Part shown: positions 52,026 through 64,000 of the stretch, piece after piece | Layout: each line of letters opens with the position of its first letter | Position numbering within the stretch: position 1 is the first letter of the stretch | Source of the DNA: Laetmonice hystrix | Taxonomy: Eukaryota | Direction of reading: 5' to 3' | DNA length: 64,000 bases | Assembly: GCA_965235115.1 (NCBI GenBank) | Contig: OZ249436.1 | Span: 6,140,001-6,204,000, forward strand | Translations under genes and position numbers: made by a program | The notes under the pieces: generated by a model | The model's input: the letters and a program-made list of their open reading frames with translations, nothing else | Databases searched by the model: none | Told to the model about the DNA's origin: nothing

Positions 52026-53562
52026 TTGCCTGTCGGCCAGTCGCAGCAGCGGTCCGACCCGCCTGTCAGATTCCAGACAGGTAATCAATCACGCTCACTG
52101 CACACCTGTCAATCATTCTGGATTTATGTCGCCTTTTGTTGCTAATGTATACATTGTAAAGAGGCAAATAGAGGATAAAGCACATTGAATTGGTAATACT
52201 AATCGCTCAAAATAAACGCAATTCAAGCAGCGACAAAAGCTAGTGAATAGTGGAGAATTTCCCAGCTCCACACAGCGACATGGATTCGCTTTCAGGACCT
52301 TGTACAGTTCGTCGCACGCCCCACTGAACGCAGCCGCGTAAAATGGGCATGTTGCTTGACACTAATGGCATTGAGAGAGACGGCGGTGCACATCAAAAGA
52401 CTTAGCATATTATTGAGATGCTTATCAATCAATCTCGCACAAGTAGGGGTGTTTGGAAACAGATTGGGATTGACGTGTTGAAAGACTTGACATCACCGTG
52501 TTGACAGATCGCACAATTACGCGGCTTGATCAAAGGGCCGGGCCAAGATTCTTATCTATGACGATAAACACGCTGGGCAACCCTATCTGTCGGGGGTTGG
52601 GTCGTTGGCAATGGCGCCACGCACCCTCGCACTACCACTGACACCGGCAGCGCCTGCACGGTTCCAATTTTCGGCAAACGTTCGCGGTAAGAGGTGATTT
52701 GACTAGGGGTATTTATTACGGGAACTGGTGTTATCGGCCGCTGTGGCCGCGGCGTTCGCTTCCCGATGTGCTGTGCTGGTGGGGGTGGGTGAAGGTCAGT
52801 CTGACGGAAAGATTGCCACCAGTCTCAGCGATAATCAATCGCGTCCATTTTGAGCGTCGACCTGCCCAGAGTGAGGTGGGCCACACAGCCGGGGAAAAAG
52901 TGGCTTGTTGTCGAGGGTTGTGAAGGGGTAAATAAAAACACGTTAGTGGGGGCTCTGACAAATGGGGGCCGTCTTCAGCGGTAGATTTCAGCGGCACATC
53001 GGACAAGCTGTCAAGGGGGGAGGAGTTGGAGGGGCGGGGGACAGTGTCAGGGTCACCTGCACCCTCCTGTCACCCCTACCCCCATCATCTCACAACCCGC
53101 GGTGGTTGTAGACAGGGGCCCGCCTGACGCATACAACTCGCCGTGAATTATATATGGGATGGCAGATTACACGTTTAACTAGATTAGAGTACACAGTAAA
53201 TATAGCAGCCGACGCCGGTCGACATGAAAGAGACTGGAGGGGCGGGCGTTCCCTCTGATAGCTGGCATAGGTGGGTGGATCAGGTTAAGTGACCCCCTGA
53301 AAAGTTGGCAACTTTCAAAAAGGCACAGCACCCCTGCCCAGAATTTATGTGTTTCTTGAACATTTATTTAACTTGATTTATTGTTTTACCCCAAGTCCAA
53401 GCAATGTGTAAGATTATTGCTAGAAGGCCTGTTGTTGAGAAGTGAAGGTTAAATTATAGCTGTGATCATGTCGAACTAAAGTTAACCTATCAGTAGGTTT
53501 TGTCTCTCATGTAAAGGTTAGTGTCATGTTGTTGATTGATGTTGACTGATCGGGTTTCTAGT

Positions 53563-54819
53563 CCATATATAGCTGTGTGTAGGCTGGGTCCAAGGCGTGG
53601 TGAGTGCCCACATATAGCTGTGTGTAGGCTGGGTCCAAGGCGTGGTGAGTGCCCATATATAGCTGTGTGTAGGCTGGGTCCAAGGCGTGGTGGATAGCAC
53701 AGTGCTCACATATAGCTGTGTGTAGGCTGGGTCCAAGGCGTGGTGGATAGCGCAGTGCTCACATAAAGCTGTGTGTAGGCTGGGTCCAAGGCGTGGTGGA
53801 TAGCGCAGTGCCCACATATAGCTGTGTGTAGGCTGGGTCCAAGGCGTGGTGGATAGCGCAGTGCTCACCTATAGCTGTGTGTAGGCTGGGTCCAAGGCGT
53901 GGTGGATAGCGCAGTGCCCACATATAGCTGTGTGTAGGCTGGGTCCAAGGCGTGGTGGATACCGCAGTGCTCACATATAGCTGTGTGTAGGCTGGGTCCA
54001 AGGCGTGGTGGATACCGCAGTGCTCACATACAGCTGTGTGTAGGCTGGGTCCAAGGCTTGGTGAGTGCCCATATATAGCTGTGTGTAGGCTGGGTCCAAG
54101 GCGTGGTGGATACCGCAGTGCTCACATATAGCTGTGTGTAGGCTGGGTCCAAGGCGTGGTGAGTGCTCACATATAGCTGTGTGTAGGCTGGATCCAAGGC
54201 GTGGTGGATACCGCAGTGCTCACATATAGCTGTGTGTCGGCTGGGTCCAAGGCGTGGTGAGTGCTCACATATAGCTGTGTGTAGGCTGGGTCCAAGGCGT
54301 GGTGGATACCGCAGTGCTCACATATAGCTGTGTGTAGGCTGGGTCCAAGGCGTGGTGGATACCGCAGTGCTCACATATAGCTGTGTGTAGGCTGGGTCCA
54401 AGGCGTGGTGGATACCGCAGTGCTCACATATAGCTGTGTGTAGGCTGGGTCCAAGGCGTGGTGGATACCGCAGTGCTCACATATAGCTGTGTGTCGGCTG
54501 GGTCCAAGGCGTGGTGGATACCGCAGGGCTCACATATAGCTGTGTGTAGGCTGGGTCCAAGGCGTGGTGAGTGCCCACATATAGCTGTGTGTAGGCTGGG
54601 TCCAAGGCGTGGTGAGTGCCCACATATAGCTGTGTGTAGGCTGGGTCCAAGGCGTGGTGAGTGCTCACATATAGCTGTGTGTAGGCTGGGTCCAAGGCGT
54701 GGTGGATACCGCAGTGCTCACATTTTGCTGTGTGTTGGCTGGGTCCAAGGCGTGGTGAGTGCTCACATATAGCTGTGTGTAGGCTGGGTCCAAGGCGTGG
54801 TGGATACCGCAGTGCTCAC
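53563..54819. repeat. 45/53-bp minisatellite, ~25 copies
   Basis: Unit CACATATAGCTGTGTGTAGGCTGGGTCCAAGGCGTGGTG(GATACCGC)AGTGCT. Confidence 0.96.
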
Positions 54820-56757
54820 GTCTCGCGACAAGTGGGGCGTGATCTCACCGTAGACAGGCCAGGATATTGTCCACATTGTGAGCCAACTATGAAGTTGTGC
54901 CGGGGAAGGACGAGTAGGAGGAAATAGATTGGGCGGGACAGACGACATGGCAGGTCAGTGAGAAAGGACTTTCGCCTGTTGTCACGCCGGTAGTGTTTCT
55001 GCTGACAACTATGTGAGAAATGTCTATGATTGTATTTACATATCAGTCGAGGTGTGTGTGGCTGCCGCTAGGAGTCGTGGTAGTCAGGAGGTGATGCCTT
55101 CACCACCGTGAGGACTGGACAAGGGTTCGCGAGCCGCTCCGGTAGCCAGAGCAGTCCACTTAGCTGACATAGCTTTGATCCCAACCGCCTAATTGTAATT
55201 GCCATCCTAAACCCATCAGTCTAAGTAAATTAACGCCTATCAAGGGTGTCGGGTGCTACAAGCCGATTGTTTACCCTTCCCGCCCCTCCTATCGGGTGGC
55301 TTTCGCTGCATCACAATAACATTGACATTCGAGAGCTGCCCCGGGCACATCAAAGGTACCGCGGAATGTGTCAATCATTCAGGGGGCCCACATCAGTTTG
55401 ATTGACAGCTCCCTAAGCCCTCGGCCGGCACTTGACAAACAGTTAGGACGGCTTAGTGGCCAACAGCTTAATTTGGTTTGCGGGGGTTCAAAGATGTGCC
55501 GCCAGTGGGGAGACGATCGCACACACTGACAGGTACGTCAGGTAGAGGGCCACTCGGAGCTAGGACTCGGCCTGTGTCTCCGGCCGGGCCGTTATTAACG
55601 GCTGCCCCCCACCCCCTCCTCCCCCCGGACGGGGTATATCGCTACCGGTGGCTGCCGACCTTATCGTCTAACGACCCACTCAACTATGGCTTCACAGCAG
55701 GACACAAACTAACACTATACATGGTCCATGAGGCTCAAAACAACAGCTTGTCATGTCAAACCACACAATGAATAGGTTTCTCATTGGTTCAAAAATAATG
55801 TAATAACAATAATAATAAACATTATTAGGCGCACAGTGAGCATATCACCTGCTATTTAATTAACCTTCTCCTCGCGACCAGGAACTATTCAGTCATAAAC
55901 ACGTCATCATAATGTAGTGCGGCTTTAGAGATGAAAAATTGCATGAGCGACTTTAGTTAAACTACCTACCATTATAATTTATTGACCTACATAAGCTGGG
56001 GGTGGGTTGGGTGTTTGATCTAACAAACACAAACAATGAGTGGCGCCCATACGTGAGTCAAGGGTCTAATCTAGAGAACTAATCAAACCCATGATTACGT
56101 GAATCTATAACGTTCTACCCTCTGGCTGTGTCGCGGTTTCTGTAATTTCAACATCATGAACTTGTCAAAGCTAACAACAAACAATGGCATCAACATCTGA
56201 CAACGACTACGTGTAGAATCGGGCCTGATGCAAGCTTTGCTCATTCTGAACGAAACTGACAGCAGCTATGTAACGTTTGGCAGCTGGTCGTGGAATGCGC
56301 CAACGCGATTGGTCAATGAAACGCACATGTACTCCCGAACGGTGCACGGTCTTTGAAGTATTTCTTGCCGTTTGCCCGTGTGAGGTCTGTAGGACGGTAA
56401 GCCATCCTATCTTATCATCGCTCAACAAGCTTACCACCAAGAACACCTTGTCCTTGGCTGAGAGTAACAAATTCAATCTCCCGAAACAAATCTTTTTTAT
56501 CAATCCATGATTGGACTCTCATGCACACCGTATTGATCAACACGAATGTAAGGAGTATATAAACAACATTCTGTGTACTCAAAACACAGAATTCAGTATG
56601 GGCTGATCACCACCATTTGTCCAGTGTCACTGAACTATATGGGGCAGCTGTTTGCAATGTGCACCGATTCTGAGAACTTTGATTCGGTGACTGGTGTCGT
56701 AATGGTTCCGTGCCGGACGGGGCGACCTTCCTCATTCAAAACACTAGGTGGCAGTAG

Positions 56758-57528
56758 TGTGCAGAGGAAAACCTGCCAAACTGTCCGACCTGGTCGAGGA
56801 AAACCTGCAAACTGTCCGGCCGGGTCGACCGGAGGAGTACAGTGCAGAGGAAAACCTGCCAAACTGTCCGGCCTGGTCGAGGAAAACCTGCCAAACTATC
56901 CGGCCTGGTGGAGGAAAACCTGCCAAACTGTCCGGCCTGGTGGAGGAAAACCTGCAAACTGTCCGGCCTGGTCGACCGGAGGAGTACAGTGCAGAGGAAA
57001 ACCTACCAAACTGTCCGACCTGGTCGAGGAAAACCTGCAAACTGTCCGGCCTGGTCGACCGGAGGAGTACAGTGCAGAGGAAAACCTACCAAACTGTCCG
57101 ACCTGGTCGAGGAAAACCTGCAAACTGTCCGGCCTGGTCGACCGGAGGAGTACAGTGCAGAGGAAAACCTGCCAAACTGTCCGGCCTGGTCGAGGAAAAC
57201 CTGCAAACTGTCCGGCCTGGTCGACCGGAGGAGTACAGTGCAGAGAAAAACCTGCCAAACTCTCCGGCCTGGTCGAGGAAAACCTGCCAAACTATCCGGC
57301 CTGGTGGAGGAAAACCTGCCAAACTGTCCGGCCTGGTGGAGGAAAACCTGCCAAACTGTCTGGCCTGGTCGAGAAAAACCTGCCAAAGTGTCTGGCCTGG
57401 TCGAGGAAAACCTGCAAACTGTCCGACTTGGTCGACCGGAGGAGTACAGTGCGGAGGAAAACGTACCAAACTCTTCGGCCTGTTCGAGGAAAAGCTGCCA
57501 AACTGTCGGCCTGGTCGACCGGAGGAGA
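56758..57528. repeat. Composite minisatellite: ~32-bp unit plus a 20-bp module
   Basis: A = GAGGAAAACCTGCCAAACTGTCCGGCCTGGTC; B = GACCGGAGGAGTACAGTGCA. Confidence 0.95.
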
Positions 57529-57705
57529 CACACACATGACTCATCTAACAATTAACAACCCTCAATCGTTGGTGAGTGTCAATTTATTTTGTAATCTTCA
57601 TTTTGTGATTACATTATTAATATTCAGTCAGAGATTGCCTAGCCTACTTACTGAGTCAGTCAACATAGACGTGTCATTTCTCCAGTGAGGATACACCAGT
57701 CTAAA

Positions 57706-58658
57706 CGGATGGTGGGAGTGAGACACTGTCAGATACATTGTACCATACATACGGATGGTGGGGTGAAACACTGTCAGATACATGGTACCATACATACGGA
57801 TGGTGGGGTGAAACACTGTAAGATACATGGTACCATACATACGGATGGTGGGGTGAAACACTGTAAGATACAATGGTACCATACATACGGATGGTGGGGT
57901 GAAACACTATCAGATACATTGTACTATACATACGGATGGTGGGGTGAAACACTGTCAGATACATTGTACCATACATACGGATGGTGGGGTGAAACACTAT
58001 CAGATACATTGTACCATACATACGGATGGTGGGGTGAGACACTGTCAGATACATTGTACCATACATACGGATGGTGGGGGTGAAACACTGTCAGATACAT
58101 GGTACCATACATACGGATGGTGGGGTGAAACACTATCAGATACATTGTACTATACATACGGATGGTGGGGTGAAACACTGTCAGATACATTGTACCATAC
58201 ATACGGATGGTGGGGTGAAACACTGTAAGATACATGGTACCATACATACGGATGGTGGGGTGAAACACTCAGATACATTGTACCATACATACGGATGGTG
58301 GGGTGAAACACTGTCAGATACATGGTACCATACATACGGATGGTGGGGTGAAACACTGTCAGATACATTGTACCATACATACGGATGGTGGGGTGAAACA
58401 CTGTCAGATACATGGTACCATACATACGGATGGTGGGGGTGAAACACTGTCAGATACATTGTACCATACATACGGATGGTGGGGTGAAACACTGTCAGAT
58501 ACATTGTACCATACATACGGATGGTGGGGTGAAACACTGTCAGATACATTGTACCATACATACGGATGGTGGGGTGAAACACTGTCAGATACATGGTACC
58601 ATACATACGGATGGTGGGGTGAAACACTGTCAGATACATGGTACCATACATACGGATG
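57706..58658. repeat. 45-bp minisatellite, ~21 copies
   Basis: Unit ACGGATGGTGGGGTGAAACACTGTCAGATACATTGTACCATACAT. Confidence 0.97.
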
Positions 58659-60448
58659 ATACCAGTTTCTCACTGCGTGTTTGTTTATTTTCCTTGTTTA
58701 CCTTTTTATAGCTGTCAATGTTTTACGTAAGAGAGCAGACAATGGCAGATGTTCAGCCCAGACAAACAATTCGAGGACCATTTGAGGACCATTCGAGGAC
58801 CTCAAGCAGCGCCCAACCGTTAGCCCCTTGCTGGTTTCCCTATACTAGTAACGTTAGCACATTGCACGCTCCAACAAACCTGTCGTTCGATTGCTAGACA
58901 TATGTCGGAGGCAAAGCTGCAATTAATTTGAAGGGTAAATTCAATATTTTCACAGAAGCGGACCGCCGGCTGAGAATCTTCTGGTTGTATGCGCGCACAC
59001 AGCGGGAGCTGTCAGTGCCTGTTGGCACCCAGCCGTGACCAACCTTTGATGTTACCGGCTGCCGCACGCCTCAACGACCCCAGCCCATCTACCTGCCGCT
59101 CCAGCTCCCCGCTACCACTGATCGCAAGAAACAGCCCAGATTACCGGTGTAAAGATGATTGTTTCGCTGGCTAATCCATGCCGACAGGCGGCAAGGGTAG
59201 GCGGTTTCCGTGTTCGCTGGGCGGCGAGTGGGGGCAGGAGGCGGCCGGTCGGGTAGGCGGGTCGGGGCCCGCGCCCCCAGGGTCGCCGTGGTGCTTGGCT
59301 GGTGTGGGTGACTGACGAGTTGGCGGCAGACCTCACCACCTCCCTGCTGGGGCGAACAATACCGCTCCAGCCTGCCATTGTGTCGGCTTGGGTGGGGAAC
59401 ATTTTTACACTTCATACTCACCACACTAACAACCACCAGAACACTTCCCTTTGGTAAAGAGATCATTTTCCAACTCCGCCTGTTGATTCCTATTATAGGC
59501 TGCTCTATTTTTTCAAGGATGTGGAGTAGGTTAGGAATGACCGTGTGTCGCGGAAAACCTTGTAAACAAGCTCTAGTATACAGTCAAGGTTTGGATTTAT
59601 GTTTTAACTATCCTTTATGGAATGGTCTTGAGTAAGATAAGCCTAACTGAAACGGTTGTGTTTAATAAATATTATTATGGCATATATTAAACTCATCATT
59701 CACAAGCATCTCTTAGTTGAGATGGTTTTATTTTTCACACCTACCTTTCTGGAAGACCCGCTGTGCGCTTTCAACTGATTCACAAGTTAGGGCACAAAAT
59801 GTTGTGTGGTACACAACGTATAAGAATACAAAGAAGTGAAGTAGGAGGGGGGCAGCCCAGGTTTGACACCTCTACTTGTAGCTCGTCCTGACAGCCCTAC
59901 GCCCGGTTACTCCCGACCTGAACAAGCCGGCTCCTCTGTCTGATCTCCCCGGACATTACCTCGCCCCACCCCGGGGCCCGTCAGACGGTCTCCACCCTGA
60001 CGTCAGGGTGGCGGGGCCCCGGGCCCGAACACCCACCTACTCCGGTAAGTACATCTGGAACAGCTGCCAGACTGCTCCAGCACCAAAGGAAATCACCCCA
60101 CTCATCTCGGCTTCTGTAACGTTGTTACGGCTGAAAAACCCAGCCAATATTCCGACTCCACTTCAAAAGCAGTCGAAATCTTAACGGAGGCAATCGGTGG
60201 AATCTTACATCACATAAAGTACGCTTCCTAACACAACCGGACAACGGCGGAAAGAACCTTCATGTTCAAACGGAAGATTGAGGAGAAACTTTGAGATACG
60301 AGAGACCGGGCACGGAAATATATATGACGGTGTAAAAGTTATCAGCCTGGGTGAGCACTATTCGTAATCTTCAACGTGTCAGACTTAATAACGCGTATGA
60401 TGAGCTACTTCGGCCTCACAGGAGGTTGAACTTAAATAACCACTTATA

Positions 60449-61876
60449 TATCTACTCGCAAACAAGTTAGGGATATGTAACTTCCAATTGGAATTGTGCT
60501 TGAAATATATAAATGACAAAACTTTTCAAGGATACTCCAAGTTTATCTCTACTTATGTCAATCTGTGATACTCCAAGTTCATCTCTATGACAATCTGTGA
60601 TACTCCAAGTTCCTCTCTACTTATGACAATCTGTGATACACCAAGTTCATCTCTATGACAATCTGTGATACTCCAAGTTCATCTCTATGACAATCTGTGA
60701 TACTCCAAGTTCATCTCTATGACAATCTGTGATACTCCAAGTTCATCTCTACTTATGACAATCTGTGATACACCAAGTTCATCTCTATGACAATCTGTGA
60801 TACTCCAAGTTCCTCTCTACTTGTGACAATCTGTGATACTCCAAGTTCATCTCTACTTATGACAATCTGTGATACTCCAAGTTCATCTCTACTTATGACA
60901 ATCTGTGATACTCCAAGTTCATCTCTATGACAATCTGTGATACTCCAAGTTCATCTCTATGACAATCTGTGATACTCCAAGTTCATCTCTACTAATGACA
61001 ATCTGTGATACTCCAAGTTCATCTCTATGACAATCTGTGACACTCCAAGTTCCTCTCTACTTATGACAATCTGTGATACTCCAAGTTCATCTCTACTTAT
61101 GACAATCTGTGATACTCCAGGTTCCTCTCTACTTATGACAATCTGTGATACTCCAAGTTCATCTCTATGACAATCTGTGATACTCCAAGTTCATCTCTAT
61201 GACAATCTGTGATACTCCAAGTTCATCTCTATGACAATCTGTGATACTCCAAGTTCATCTCTACTAATGACAATCTGTGATACTCCAAGTTCATCTCTAT
61301 GACAATCTGTGATACTCCAAGTTCATCTCTATGACAATCTGTGTTACTCCAAGTTCATCTCTACTTATGACAATCTGTGATACTCCAAGTTCATCTCTAC
61401 TTATGACAATCTGTGATACTCCAAGTTCATCTCTATGACAATCTGTGATACTCCAAGTTCATCTCTATGACAGTCTGTGATACTCCAAGTTCATCTCTAT
61501 GACAATCTGTGATACTCCAAGTTCATCTCTACTAATGACAATCTGTGATACTCCAAGTTCATTGGCGACGTCTGTCTGCTTCCGGTTTGCAACCTTGGCC
61601 AGATAACGTTCTTCATCCGTGAGCTGTCTACGTTGCGCCATAATGTGACGAGTTACTGTGAATTGGTGCCATGTTCTAAATTTTAGTGCAGACCACTTTG
61701 TCCAGGTACAGCGTATTACGCAACCAATATACCAGGTTAATGGATTCACCAGATATGCACTTAGAGTCACTTAGAGTATACTCTAGCAATGGAGAAGGTT
61801 TAATATTGTATATTTATTATCATTAGGAATAAAATCACATTCTTACTACTATTATCCTAAATTGTTTTGAGTAGTG
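60449..61876 (-). mobile_element. Internally deleted Tc1-like DNA transposon containing a minisatellite
   Basis: Degenerate TIRs (left TCTACTCGCAAACAAGTTAGGGATA; right, reverse-complemented, CACTACTCAAAACAATTTAGGATA) with TA flanks. A transposase N-terminus starts at ATG 61641: MAQRRQLTDEERYLA...QTDVANELGVSQIVISR, a Tc1-type helix-turn-helix. Confidence 0.8.
60531..61562. repeat. 32/36-bp minisatellite, ~30 copies, derived from transposase coding sequence
   Basis: Unit GATACTCCAAGTTCATCTCT(ACTT)ATGACAATCTGT. On the minus strand the 36-bp form reads ELGVSQIVISRD. Confidence 0.96.
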
Positions 61877-62084
61877 TACATAATCGTCTACCCATTTACT
61901 TACACTTAAGTTGTAAACATGGGTCAAAGGTGCACATGGTCACTAACCCGAAAATACCTTTAGCATACGTATATAGACATGTTTTCGGTCTGGAATTGAA
62001 ATAAAAACTTGAAAATGAAGGGGAACTTTTATTTTAAGACTCAAGAAGGAAAAAAATGAAGATTTAATCAATAATAGAAAGTTC

Positions 62085-62326
62085 GAGAGGGAAAGAGAGA
62101 GATTGAGTGAACGTTAGAGAGAGAAATAGAGAGATAGAGATAAAGAGAGAAATAGAGAGCGAGAAAGAGAGATTGAGTGAACGTTAGAGAGAGAAATAGA
62201 GAGATAGAGATAGAGAGAGAAATAGCGAGAAAGAGAGATTGAGTGAACGTTAGAGAGAGAAATACAGAGAGACAGAGAGACAGAGACAGAGAGACTGAGG
62301 CTGAGACTGAGATTGAGTGAACGTTA
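62085..62326. repeat. Compound (GA)n with four GATTGAGTGAACGTTA modules
   Basis: Seen directly in the sequence. Confidence 0.9.
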
Positions 62327-63307
62327 TGAGTAGTGGGAGTGATTACTTATAATTGATGTGGTGATGAGGTACTGTCAGAAGTGTACAATTCGGAAGGCGC
62401 CGGCCGCCGGCCGCCGGTCTCATCTGACGGCTGACTTACTGCAAGGGGGTTTACGGCGTGATCTATGGGCTCCGTGTGGGGGATGAGGGTGGAGGGTGGC
62501 AGTGGGGGCGGGGGAAAGCTTCCATCATACGGCATATGTCGATGGAACGCCAGTCAGTTCTGTCACACATATCTCTTGTCTCCACAGGGGTGCTTTCTTC
62601 CACCAGGAGGCGCGGGCTTCACTTGGCAACGAGCAGCACGTCCGATTTCGCACCTTTGGCCGCGCGCAGCCAGAGCGGCAACCTGATCTGTACGGACGAT
62701 ACGGCTACAAAGGCGGCGGGAGGCGTCCCGTGTATACGGGGCCCGGCGGGGTGCGCCTTCCCACGGTGCGAGAGGCCGGCGCTCGGTGTCAACTGGGCGG
62801 CCGGGGGCCTGCACCCGCACCGGCCGCACCGCCCGGCTCGGCAGGGGGTCGTCTGTGAACAGCGCCCGACGATCTACCATCAAACGACAAGCCAGTTCAA
62901 TATGTTTAAATAAATGTACAGATTGATGTGGTCGTGTTTACGCACCGTCGCTCCTCGTGACCTCGGAGGTACGACACTGGAAATTGACATGAAACGCTAT
63001 AGGCCATGAAAGGGACGCGACAGAAGGTCGACACCGACCAAAAAACCCGCCTGTTTTCTTTACGCGTGAACCAGAGCCGAGCGCTACCGGCGAGCCGAAC
63101 AACACAACCTCGCCGCCCAACGGGTCCTCTTTCCCGACTGTTATCCAAGGGGCTGCTGCTGCTGCTGCTGCTTCCTGACCCGTCTTTTCTTTAATCCTAG
63201 CGGCCGCACACAATGGCCGCTCGCTATCATCTATACAAAAACGACCCTCTGAGCGTTATTTCACAATTCTCAGCCGCACTTTCCACTTGCTATAACAAGG
63301 TCTTTTA

Positions 63308-63308
<1 letters not shown>

Positions 63309-63346
<38 letters not shown>
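63309..63346. repeat. (GAAA)n microsatellite
   Basis: Seen directly in the sequence. Confidence 0.93.
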
Positions 63347-63347
<1 letters not shown>

Positions 63348-64000
63348 GAGAAAAAGAAGGCAATGGAGCTTCATATAGGGGCCTTCATAGATGGACGTGG
63401 ATATAATATGCACCTAAACCCCCAAAGTACATTTTTATTTCCAAAGTGTCATTCATTTCTGTCACTGCATTAACAAATTCTGGATACGCAAAAATTTCAG
63501 GATTTTAGAACCGAGGAAACATGCATGCGCCCTTCACCTAGAAATAAAAGGGATCGGAGAGACGCTTCCGTCTCGACAATACAATCATCGTAATAATTTT
63601 ACCGGTACTTTTTACTGGGGAATAGAAGTCTACATGTATCTGCATGGTTGACATTAATATATTGTTTACTACTTTAAAATTTACCGTTTAATATTCAAAA
63701 CTCTATCGTATCACGTTATACTATACGTTTGACACCATAAAATGAAAAATAAAATCAAAACGCCTCGCCCTTCCCGACTTTCTATGACTTGTAATTCACC
63801 GACGTCCATTTAGTGCTAATCCACCCAGACGTCAACCATGTACTAATCACTGCTAACCTGTGGCCTGCAGGAGGAGCGCCACCCCCGACCACTACCATCT
63901 ATAGGCGGACGTCATGACCAGAGAGTTTTCAGATGTTCCAACTGTTGTTCACGTACACGCTGTCAGTCCAGTTGACATGACAAGCATTGGATGTCGGACC

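Noticed and set aside
55071..55142. tRNA-like GGAG...GGTTCG...CTCC segment
   Set aside because: The T-loop and D-arm do not fit the consensus.

Overview
Repeat-rich eukaryotic genomic DNA from an invertebrate animal (a lophotrochozoan such as a mollusc is my guess, not demonstrated). It looks like a gene desert around one developmental regulator. The only supportable protein-coding gene is a two-exon NET-family zinc-finger repressor (Noc/Elbow/Tlp-1; ZNF503/ZNF703-like) on the minus strand: exon 1 at 51435-51497, exon 2 at 48157-49761, 555 aa. The rest is unique non-coding DNA rich in Pbx-Meis, Pbx-Hox and TCF motifs, about 35 unrelated mini- and microsatellite arrays, two internally deleted Tc1/mariner elements, several MITEs and a tRNA-derived SINE. 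Best leads: (i) a candidate CUG-initiated 35-aa N-terminal extension and a UGA-CUAG readthrough context in the NET gene; (ii) minisatellites whose junction variants are mosaics of their own left and right flanks, including one built from a Tc1 transposase helix-turn-helix at the element's deletion breakpoint; (iii) every long non-coding (GA)n tract lies on the same strand. I found no CRISPR array, rRNA or genuine tRNA, and no clearly new multi-gene system. Repeat boundaries were read by eye and are approximate.
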